Positions 1 to 8,197 of a stretch of 64,000 bases of DNA are shown piece by piece. Made by a program: the position numbers and the translations under genes. The notes under the pieces are model-generated. The model did no database searches. It was not told the DNA's origin and saw only the letters and a program-made list of their open reading frames with translations. Every line of letters begins with the position of its first letter. The first letter of the stretch is position 1. Origin of the DNA: Candidatus Poribacteria bacterium (lineage in GTDB: Bacteria; Poribacteria; WGA-4E; WGA-3G); contig JAJDTM010000050.1 of assembly GCA_022827185.1 (NCBI GenBank), positions 4,743 through 68,742 on the forward strand, given 5' to 3'.

Positions 1-2
1 AC

Positions 3-374
3 GTGCTGATGCCGACAACCGAGGTGCAACTCTCCTATATCGACTCCAACCGGAAGTTTGTGCATCCAGACGGAATCTTTAAAGCGGATGTCGTCTTCGT
101 GCCGCTTGAGGACGGCGACCGATGCGAAGCCCTCCGAAAGATGGGCAAAGATGTCGTAACCGTCGATCTGAACCCGATGTCGCGCACTGCAAAGCAGGCG
201 AGCATTACGATTGTGGATAACGTTGTGCGGGCACTTCCCCTGTTATGCGAAGAAATTCGGGAACTCACCGATTCCACAAGTCAAGACACCTTGAAAAAAT
301 ATAGCAACGAAGCAGTGCTACAGAAAGCGTTACAGCATATCAGCAGGAGCGGGAATGGAAACCAACGGAAGTGA
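3..374 (+). CDS. Phosphopantothenate/pantothenate synthetase-like protein (archaeal-type PPS, COG1701/DUF137-like), C-terminal part; 5' end cut by the window edge
   Basis: The frame is open from the window edge. The block ADVVFVPLEDGDRCEALRKMGKDVVTVDLNPMSRTAKQASITIVDNVVRA matches my recollection of the conserved VPLEDGDR...IDLNPLSR...TIVDN core of archaeal 4-phosphopantoate--beta-alanine ligases. Confidence 0.6.
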   Translation: MLMPTTEVQLSYIDSNRKFVHPDGIFKADVVFVPLEDGDRCEALRKMGKDVVTVDLNPMSRTAKQASITIVDNVVRALPLLCEEIRELTDSTSQDTLKKYSNEAVLQKALQHISRSGNGNQRK

Positions 375-2283
375 AAAAATCAATCTCGTCAAACCGCATA
401 TTCTGTTGATTGGGTTGGTGCTTGTCGCCTTTAATAGTTACTGGTGCCTAATGGGAACGGAGGTGTGGCACTCAACACAGTTGACGATCGCCTCTCTGTT
501 CTTTAATGCTGTCTTTACGCTCCTCGTCTTCGTACTGGTCAATCTCTTGCTCCAAAGATTCACGCCGCGTCTGGCGATGTCGCAAGCCGATCTGCAAACC
601 ATCTACGTGATGGTCGTGATGCTAACGACGATTAGCGGACACACGATGATGGGCTACCTCATCCCCGTCCTCGCGCATACCTTCCAATTCGCATCGCCTG
701 AAAACGAATGGATTCCGCTTTTCGGACATCACATCCCGACGTGGATTGCCGTCAAAAGCCCGCGTATTTTGGACGGGTTCTACAATGGTGATTCCACGCT
801 CTACACTTCTGCAACGCTAAACGCATGGATACCACCCGTGCTATCTTGGTCGAGTTTTGTGATCGCGCTCTGGCTGACACTGTTGGCGGTAACAGTTTTT
901 CTCCGTAAGCAGTGGACAGAAAACGAGCGCCTAAACTATCCGATCGTCCAACTCCCGTTGGCATTGACGAGCAATCCGAGACGTTTCTTTACTTCGCCGT
1001 GGATGTGGCTCGGGTTCGCTCTCGCAGGCAGTGCAGAATTGCTGAACGGTCTAAACTACCTGTTTCCAGACATACCGGGACTACCGATCAAAGGTAAAAC
1101 CATCGGGCAATTCAGCTCAAGACCGTGGAGTGCGATGGGGCCGATCCATATCTCTTTTTATCCGTTTAGCATTGGGCTGATGTTTTTCACACCGCTGGAT
1201 CTCTCGTTCTCGTGCTGGTTTTTCTGGCTCATCAGTCGTATCCAATTGATTGTAACGGACGCGTTCGGGGCGCGGAACATCTATCACCTTGAACAGCAGA
1301 CAGGGGCTTGGATTGCGTTCGGATGTATTCCGTTGTGGATCGGACGGAAACACTACGGACGTATTATTCGCAAGGTTTTCGGTATCGCACAACGCCGAGG
1401 CGAAGCCGCACCTGACGATTCCCGTGAACCGATGCGCTATCGGACTGCGGCGGGGTTATTCACCGTCGGAATGCTGTTCCTGTTCTTTTTCTGTTTTCAG
1501 ATGGGGATGACGTTTTGGGCAATCGGACTTTTCTTTGTATTCTATTTCCCCTTAGTTATCGGGATCACGCGTATCCGTGCCGAAATCGGACCGCCGTTGC
1601 ACCAACTCATCTTTGTTGATCCCGGACGGACGATGGTGCTTGCACTCGGCACACGCCGACTCGGTGCAGGTAATCTGACAGGACTAACGTTTCTTTATCC
1701 GTTTGTCCGTTGTTTCCGCGCGCATCCGACACCAAGCGAGTTAGAAGCGTTCCGTTTAGCAGAACGAAGTCGCATCGGGTATCGACAACTGCTCATCGGG
1801 ATGATCTTAGCCATTGTGTTCGGTATCCTGATAACATTTTGGGCATATCTACACGTCCTCTATGACATGGGAGCAGGAAGCAAGGCACGCGGCTGGATCG
1901 TTTATATGGGGTGGGAGACGTTCAATCGCTTACAGACATGGCTTGTCAGTCCACGGGAGACGAGCGGACCGGAACTCGGGGTTATCGGTAGTAGTTTCCT
2001 GTTCACGATCTTCCTGATGATTATGAAAATCAGATTTTTATGGTGGCCCCTGCATCCGGGGGGTTATGTGCTCGTGAGCGGGACAGGGATGGGTGGCTTG
2101 TGGTTTCCGATTTTCCTGAGTTGGTTAGCGAAAGCGACTGTCCTGAAAATTGGCGGTGTGAAACTCTATCGGCAAGCCGTGCCGTTCTTTTTGGGGTTGA
2201 TCTTAGGGGACTATACGCTTGGATGTGTCTGGAGCCTTATCGGATTGGTGCTGCAGATGCCGACTTACATTGTCTGGCATTGA
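355..2283 (+). CDS. Polytopic integral membrane protein of unknown function (642 aa), paralog of 22710..24638
   Basis: Long ORF with many hydrophobic segments. AGGAG lies 5 nt upstream of the ATG at 355, and the ORF overlaps the upstream gene by 20 nt. It shares blocks with the second 642-aa ORF: NYPIVQLPLAL, PLDLSFSCWFFW, ITRIRAEIGPP, LWWPLHPGGY, FLGLILGDY. Confidence 0.85.
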   Translation: METNGSEKINLVKPHILLIGLVLVAFNSYWCLMGTEVWHSTQLTIASLFFNAVFTLLVFVLVNLLLQRFTPRLAMSQADLQTIYVMVVMLTTISGHTMMGYLIPVLAHTFQFASPENEWIPLFGHHIPTWIAVKSPRILDGFYNGDSTLYTSATLNAWIPPVLSWSSFVIALWLTLLAVTVFLRKQWTENERLNYPIVQLPLALTSNPRRFFTSPWMWLGFALAGSAELLNGLNYLFPDIPGLPIKGKTIGQFSSRPWSAMGPIHISFYPFSIGLMFFTPLDLSFSCWFFWLISRIQLIVTDAFGARNIYHLEQQTGAWIAFGCIPLWIGRKHYGRIIRKVFGIAQRRGEAAPDDSREPMRYRTAAGLFTVGMLFLFFFCFQMGMTFWAIGLFFVFYFPLVIGITRIRAEIGPPLHQLIFVDPGRTMVLALGTRRLGAGNLTGLTFLYPFVRCFRAHPTPSELEAFRLAERSRIGYRQLLIGMILAIVFGILITFWAYLHVLYDMGAGSKARGWIVYMGWETFNRLQTWLVSPRETSGPELGVIGSSFLFTIFLMIMKIRFLWWPLHPGGYVLVSGTGMGGLWFPIFLSWLAKATVLKIGGVKLYRQAVPFFLGLILGDYTLGCVWSLIGLVLQMPTYIVWH

Positions 2284-2287
2284 GGGA

Positions 2288-2316
2288 CTCAGTTATCAGT
2301 TGTCGGAAACTGTCAG
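2288..2316. repeat. Copy of the dispersed ACTGATA/ACTGACA heptamer-type repeat (STRR-like)
   Basis: The sequence ctcagttatcagttgtcggaaactgtcag lies directly after the stop codon. The core CCGACAACTGATAACT (reverse complement) recurs at 19556..19590. Confidence 0.6.
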
Positions 2317-2518
2317 AACCGAGATTTTCGGGATAATTGGAATATCTGTAAATCGGACGGGCAAGATTTCCCTCCTCCAAGAATGCTTTGCGAGGATTGA
2401 ATGTCCGTGGATCTTTTCTTGACGACTCTCGTTAAATATGTTATTATTTTCATTGTTTGGACAAAACTTTAATATCGACAGAATGTCGCCGAACATCACT
2501 ATTTAGGCAATACCGTCT

Positions 2519-3661
2519 ATGAAAACCACCCATAAGATCCTTTTTCAAGATTCACGAGATTTAAAAGAAATTCCATCAGAAAGTGTTGATCTGGTTGTTA
2601 CCTCACCGCCATACCCTATGATTCAGATGTGGGATGAGATGTTTAGTCATCAGAATCCAGAGATTCAGGATGCGTTGGCGAGTGGTGATGGGAAGCAGGC
2701 GTATGCGTTGATGCATGAGATTCTCGATTCTGTATGGGATGAAGTGTTCAGGGTTTTAAAGGATAGTAGATTTGCGTGTCTCAATATCGGTGATGCGACG
2801 AGGACAGTAAAAGGTGATTTTTGTTTGTATCCGAACCACGCGAGAATCTTGACACACCTCTTAAAAATCGGGTTCTCAGCATTACCCGATATCCTTTGGC
2901 GAAAACAGGCGAACACACCTAACAAATTTATGGGTTCGGGCATGCTACCTGCGGGGGCTTATGTGACGTTAGAACACGAGTATATTCTAATAGTGAGAAA
3001 GGGTCCTAAAAGAGTATTTAAAACGGAGGACGAAAAGGAAAACAGACGTGAAAGTGCGCTGTTTTGGGAAGAACGGAATATCTGGTATTCGGATGTTTGG
3101 ACGGATATTAAGGGAACCGAGCAGAAACTCCCCAAGGCGATGTCGCGATTGCGGAGCGCAGCATTTCCATTCGATTTGGCGTATCGACTCATCAATATGT
3201 ATTCTGTGAAAGGTGATGTGATACTCGATCCATTTCTGGGGACAGGCACCACGACTGCGGCTGCGATGACATCGGCACGCAATAGTATCGGTGTTGAGAT
3301 TGACAAGAGTTTTCAACAGGTTATTTGTCCGATTGCACACCATATTGTCGATTTTTCAAACGGTTATTTGTCCGACAGATTACAAAAGCACTTTGCGTTT
3401 GTCGAAAACCGGATCCAAAATTCGGGAGCGTTAAAATATACAAACAAGCACTATAGCTGTCCGGTGATGACGAGCCAAGAGCAGTTTATTCTCTTGAACG
3501 GCTTAAAAGAGATTCACACACGCGGAGATAATATCTTTGATGTTATGTATTCAACGAAACCCCAAACTTGGAATTTTGATCAACCTTCAGAAGCAGTGGA
3601 CGATAATAAAATGAAACCTCACACAAAAACTTCTCAACTCAGTATGTTGGACACACAGTAA
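2519..3661 (+). CDS. Type II DNA methyltransferase, beta-class N4/N6 (N6_N4_Mtase-like), probably N4-cytosine
   Basis: Motif IV VVTSPPYP lies near the N-terminus and motif I ILDPFLGTGTTTAAAM lies about 210 aa later, which is the beta permutation. SPPY rather than DPPY favours m4C. Confidence 0.85.
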   Translation: MKTTHKILFQDSRDLKEIPSESVDLVVTSPPYPMIQMWDEMFSHQNPEIQDALASGDGKQAYALMHEILDSVWDEVFRVLKDSRFACLNIGDATRTVKGDFCLYPNHARILTHLLKIGFSALPDILWRKQANTPNKFMGSGMLPAGAYVTLEHEYILIVRKGPKRVFKTEDEKENRRESALFWEERNIWYSDVWTDIKGTEQKLPKAMSRLRSAAFPFDLAYRLINMYSVKGDVILDPFLGTGTTTAAAMTSARNSIGVEIDKSFQQVICPIAHHIVDFSNGYLSDRLQKHFAFVENRIQNSGALKYTNKHYSCPVMTSQEQFILLNGLKEIHTRGDNIFDVMYSTKPQTWNFDQPSEAVDDNKMKPHTKTSQLSMLDTQ

Positions 3662-3685
3662 CTTCACATTGTCAAATGGGTATCT

Positions 3686-4267
3686 ATGAAAATCAAACTC
3701 AAAAACGCTGAGATTCAAGAATATGTAAACGCGCCTGCTTCTGCATTTCCGAAGTACACGACCCAATTAATGAATGTCGCAAATCAAAATTCTCAAGCGA
3801 CGCGACCGAGGCACGTTGGACAATTGAGCGAACTGATTCAGGAATTTCCGGGACAAACTTTTGAGGAGTGGGTGACGTGGTATCAAGAACAATATCCGGA
3901 TGCAATTGATGAGGCGACAGATAGAATAATCTCAATGATAGAAAACTTCAACGAGGCTGTCCAAAAAATTGATCGTGCTATAGTTAAATCGTGGGTAGAG
4001 GATCTTGTTCTTGTCAAAACGTTCGCGGGACTTAGATTTCAGGAGGCAATCCTGAAAAAGTTGTCGGAAATAAAAGGCTGTGACTACCGTTTAGCGGAAC
4101 CACATGAGGAAGCCCAAGGTATAGATGGATTTGTAGGTGAAGAAGCGTATTCCATCAAACCCAGCACCTATGAGGCAATACCAACTTTAGCGGAATCCAT
4201 AGAGGTAAAAATCATTTTTTACGAAAAAAAGAAGGATGGTGTGGTATTTGAAGTACCAGAAGAATGA
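3686..4267 (+). CDS. Putative type II restriction endonuclease partner of the adjacent methyltransferase (193 aa)
   Basis: It starts 24 nt downstream of the MTase on the same strand and has the same AT-rich composition. It is small and soluble with a possible nuclease-like GID...EEAYSIK segment. I weakly recall a resemblance to MjaI/MthZI-type (CTAG) enzymes. Confidence 0.5.
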   Translation: MKIKLKNAEIQEYVNAPASAFPKYTTQLMNVANQNSQATRPRHVGQLSELIQEFPGQTFEEWVTWYQEQYPDAIDEATDRIISMIENFNEAVQKIDRAIVKSWVEDLVLVKTFAGLRFQEAILKKLSEIKGCDYRLAEPHEEAQGIDGFVGEEAYSIKPSTYEAIPTLAESIEVKIIFYEKKKDGVVFEVPEE

Positions 4268-4327
4268 GGAAGTATACCCATTCCTACAGAAATGCTGCCC
4301 GCTGGACTGTTGAAGAAGTTTAACCGT

Positions 4328-6139
4328 TTACAAACCCCTTTTTGTTTCTTGTCCTTTGTACTGCAACTGATACAACCGATAATAGATACCACCCTGCTGT
4401 AACAACTCGTTGTGTGTGCCGGTTTCTCGGATTTCGCCGCGATGCATGACGATAATCTTATCGGCGTTTTGGATCGTTGAAAGCCGGTGTGCAATGACAA
4501 CAGAGGTCCGATCTGCCATTAAACGCTTGAGCGCATCTTCAATCAAGATTTCGGTTTCGGTATCAACGCTTGAGGTCGCTTCGTCGAGGATGAGGATACT
4601 TGGATCGGAGGCTAAGGCACGCGCAAAGGCGACCAACTGCTTCTGTCCGACGGATAACCCGGCACCGTCTTCTTTAATCTCTGTGCCGTAGAGATCGGGC
4701 ATCTTCTGGACAAATCTGTCTAAATGCACATTCTTTGAGGCACTCGCCACCTGCTCTGGTGAGATTGATGGGTCTCCTAAAGTGATATTACGTTCAATGG
4801 AGTCCGAAAAGAGGAAGATATTCTGCTGCACGATACTAATCGCACTGCGTAGATCTTCCAAATTCATCTCTCGGATGTCAACCCCGTCAATCAAGATTTG
4901 TCCCTTATTGATCTCATAGAACCGGCAAAGTAGATTGATGATAGAGGTTTTCCCTGCCCCTGTATGTCCTACGAGTGCAACCTTCTCCCCCGGTTTCACC
5001 TTGAACGAGACATCCCGTAGCACATAGTCATCATCGTTATAGGCGAACCAGACGTTTTTGAATTCAATCTCGCCTCTCAGGCTATCGGTACTGTTCTTGG
5101 GAACGGCAGAAATAATAGACGGTTGTGTGTCAAGGAGTTGAAAAATCCGTTCCGAGGATGCCATTGCGTTTTGGAAGATGGTATACTTTTCGCTGAGTTC
5201 GCGGATGGGCCAGAAGAACTGTTGCGCGTAGCCCATGAACATCACGAGTCCCCCAAAGGTCAGCTCATTTTGTATAATTTGTCCGCCGCCGTACCAGATA
5301 ATCACGGCTGTTGCGAGCGATGCTGTTACCTCTATCAGCGGGTGAAAGATCGAAAAATAGAAGATGCTCTTCAGGTTCGCAGCGAGGTATCGCCGATTGC
5401 GCTCGTTGAAGCGGAGGTGGCTCCGTCGTTCTTGTGCGAACAGCTTCATCGTTGTCATACCGACGATGTTTTCTTGTAAAAATGCGTTGATGCGCGCAAG
5501 CTGCTTACGCTGTTCTCGGAAGGCGCGACGCGAATAGATCTGGTAGACGAGGGTTGCGCCGAAGATGATTGGAATGACTGTGAACGTCACGAGCGCGAGT
5601 TTCCAATTATAGAGGAGCATCACTATGACAATGCCACAGATACGGAGCAAATTCGCGAAGATCGTAATCACACCGGAGGCAAAGAGTTCGTTGAGGACTT
5701 GAACATCTCCCATCACGCGGGTCATCAATCTACCGACCGGATTTTTATCAAAGAACTGTACGTCCAAGCGTTGTAAATGCGAAAAAAGCACCTGACGGAG
5801 ATCGTGCATTACATGTTGCCCGATCATCTGTGTGCGATACTCTTCAGAGTACCCAAACACGAACATGCTAATCAGTGCCAACACATAAAGCATCGCGATT
5901 GTACTTAATCCTTCTGATATACCCGGGGTAATATGGTCGTCAATAGCCAGCTGCATCAGAAACGGGCCTGCCAGTTGTGAGAGTGTATTCCCGATCATGA
6001 GAAATCCGATGATGAGCAGCTGGAATTTGTAGGGTTTGAGGTATGAAAGGAGTCGCCGCATTAACACCCGGTCATAAACTTTTCCGAGGTCTTGTTCTTC
6101 ATCGCTATATTCGTATAGGTCGCTTCCCATGCCAAACAC
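4328..6139 (-). CDS. ABC transporter ATP-binding/permease protein (type I exporter half-transporter, MdlB/MsbA-like)
   Basis: N-terminal six-helix TMD, then Walker A GHTGAGKTS, signature LSVGQKQ and Walker B ILILDEATS. Confidence 0.92.
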   Translation of the reverse strand: MFGMGSDLYEYSDEEQDLGKVYDRVLMRRLLSYLKPYKFQLLIIGFLMIGNTLSQLAGPFLMQLAIDDHITPGISEGLSTIAMLYVLALISMFVFGYSEEYRTQMIGQHVMHDLRQVLFSHLQRLDVQFFDKNPVGRLMTRVMGDVQVLNELFASGVITIFANLLRICGIVIVMLLYNWKLALVTFTVIPIIFGATLVYQIYSRRAFREQRKQLARINAFLQENIVGMTTMKLFAQERRSHLRFNERNRRYLAANLKSIFYFSIFHPLIEVTASLATAVIIWYGGGQIIQNELTFGGLVMFMGYAQQFFWPIRELSEKYTIFQNAMASSERIFQLLDTQPSIISAVPKNSTDSLRGEIEFKNVWFAYNDDDYVLRDVSFKVKPGEKVALVGHTGAGKTSIINLLCRFYEINKGQILIDGVDIREMNLEDLRSAISIVQQNIFLFSDSIERNITLGDPSISPEQVASASKNVHLDRFVQKMPDLYGTEIKEDGAGLSVGQKQLVAFARALASDPSILILDEATSSVDTETEILIEDALKRLMADRTSVVIAHRLSTIQNADKIIVMHRGEIRETGTHNELLQQGGIYYRLYQLQYKGQETKRGL

Positions 6140-6154
6140 AGGTGGGTTCCTCCT

Positions 6155-7870
6155 TTAGAGTTTCTCAAGTTCCTCTTGCAAAAGTTGTGTTTCATAGATG
6201 CCAGCGTAAATCCCGTTCTGTTCGAGGAGTTGTTCGTGTGTGCCTGTCTCAACAATGCTACCGTCATTGAGAACAATGATGTGATCAGCCGCTTTGACGG
6301 TAGAGATACGGTGTGAAATGAGGATTGTGGTGCGATCCTTCATAATTTCGGTAAGCCGATTGAGAATCGTGTCTTCTGTTTGGGTATCCACATTTGCGAA
6401 TGCATCGTCAAGAATCAGAATTTTCGGTTTAATGATAATCGCGCGTGCGAGTGCGCTCCGTTGGCGTTGCCCCCCTGAAATGGTCATCCCACGTTCACCG
6501 AGGAAGGTTTCTAACCCGTCGGGGAACTCTTCAATCTGTTCAAGGAGATCCGCGGTGTGCGCTGCATCTTTTATCTGTTCCTCTTTTGGTGTTTCAAGAC
6601 CGTAGGCGATATTATTTCGTAAGTAGTCAGAGAAAAGGAACGGTTCCTGCTCCACAACCCCGATATTGGAACGCAGGACGTTTAGCGGTATATCCTGAAT
6701 GTCTACACCGTCTACAAAGACGGTGCCGCGTTCGGCTTGACGGATGCGCGGAATCAGGTTGACAAGCGTGGATTTCCCGGATCCTGTCCCGCCAACAATT
6801 GCGAGGGTCGTGCCCCGTTCGACTTTAAGGTTGATGTCCTTCAGCACTGGCGTTCCATCGGGATACGCAAAATTGAGATTTCTAAATTCGATCTCGCCTT
6901 CAATATCTTTGACCTCCCATTTCACCTGCTCGCCATCAAAAATTTCAGGCTTCTCATTGAAAATCGCTTGGATTCGCCCCATAGACGCTGCGCCGCGTTC
7001 AAAGGTATTGACGATGAAGCCGAGGGTAATCATCGGACGGATGAGCATCAGGAGATAGGCGTGGAATGCGACGAAATCGCCGAGCGTCATTTCTTCGTTG
7101 ATGACCCGGAGACCACCCATCCAAAGCAGGACGACAATACTGATCCCCGGCAAACAGCGGAAGATCGGGAAAAAGAAAGTCATCAGTCGGATCTGTTGGT
7201 GGTTACGGTGAACAAACTCTCGGTTCAATTCTTGGAAGTGTTCGATTTCGCTTGCTTCCAGTGTGTAGGCTTTCACCACGCGGACCCCGGACAAATTCTC
7301 CTGCACTTTGGTGTTCAACGTTGAGAACGCCTCTTGGATTCGCTCATAACGTACATGCAACCGTTTTCCAAGAAAGCGAATCAGGAGTGCGAGCACTGGG
7401 TAAGGCAGCAGTGTGACAAGCGTCAAGCCGGCATCAATACGCAGCATAATGGTGAGTGCAAGTCCGAAAAATACGATGGCATCTGCTGTGTACATGACAG
7501 CACTGCTCAGCACCATTCTGATGGCGTTGAGATCGCTGGTTGCCCGCGTCATCAGGTCGCCGGTACGGACGTTATCGTAATACGCAGCAGAGAGTTTTTG
7601 GAGGTGCAGAAAGAAATCGGCACGGAGGTGGAACTCCATCTGCCGCGCGACACCTTGGATGGTCCGCCGTTGGATGAAGCGTAGGATCCCTGCGGCAAGC
7701 GCAACGCCAAAGAGGAGCATCGCGAAAAAGAGGATGCGTTCCGGTGAGATCGTAAAGATTGGCCCCACATAAGTCTCATCATAAGCACTTTTCCAAGCGA
7801 GTCCTAACTCATCAACAACCGTCTTGAGGATTTTTGGGCTAATCAGGAGAAGTACATTCGTCACAACCAC
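6155..7870 (-). CDS. ABC transporter ATP-binding/permease protein (partner half-transporter); the true N-terminus probably extends to about 7942
   Basis: Walker A GGTGSGKST, signature ISGGQRQ and Walker B ILILDDAFA. It ends 15 nt upstream of the partner gene. The in-frame upstream sequence encodes a typical exporter N-terminus (see finding). Confidence 0.9.
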   Translation of the reverse strand: MVVTNVLLLISPKILKTVVDELGLAWKSAYDETYVGPIFTISPERILFFAMLLFGVALAAGILRFIQRRTIQGVARQMEFHLRADFFLHLQKLSAAYYDNVRTGDLMTRATSDLNAIRMVLSSAVMYTADAIVFFGLALTIMLRIDAGLTLVTLLPYPVLALLIRFLGKRLHVRYERIQEAFSTLNTKVQENLSGVRVVKAYTLEASEIEHFQELNREFVHRNHQQIRLMTFFFPIFRCLPGISIVVLLWMGGLRVINEEMTLGDFVAFHAYLLMLIRPMITLGFIVNTFERGAASMGRIQAIFNEKPEIFDGEQVKWEVKDIEGEIEFRNLNFAYPDGTPVLKDINLKVERGTTLAIVGGTGSGKSTLVNLIPRIRQAERGTVFVDGVDIQDIPLNVLRSNIGVVEQEPFLFSDYLRNNIAYGLETPKEEQIKDAAHTADLLEQIEEFPDGLETFLGERGMTISGGQRQRSALARAIIIKPKILILDDAFANVDTQTEDTILNRLTEIMKDRTTILISHRISTVKAADHIIVLNDGSIVETGTHEQLLEQNGIYAGIYETQLLQEELEKL

Positions 7871-8197
7871 GAGGCAGAAACTGATGATGATGGCGTATCG
7901 ATACCGAATGATATACTTCTTGAGACCGAATAAACTACGAATGGTGGGACTCCTTTCCGTCAGGTGAACCGCGCGTTGTTATTGTTTATTTTGACGTAAA
8001 TCACAGATATGTGTTTAATCAAGTTTTCGATGAACCTAAGAAGTTTCTTCCTGTAGGAGCGAGCTGCGCTCGCGATTTCTTGGAAGTGTGTGAAGGTGCA
8101 TCCAAGGATGTGTATGGATGAACCATTATCGATATACGGTGTAACGAAATCTATCTATGTAACCCTTATTACAAAGAACTATCATCAAGGAGTAAAT

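Noticed and set aside
8090-8197. The upstream extension of the WD40 ORF (start at 8090).
   Set aside because: It has no RBS and its sequence is not WD40-like. The ATG at 8198 has a consensus AAGGAG at optimal spacing.
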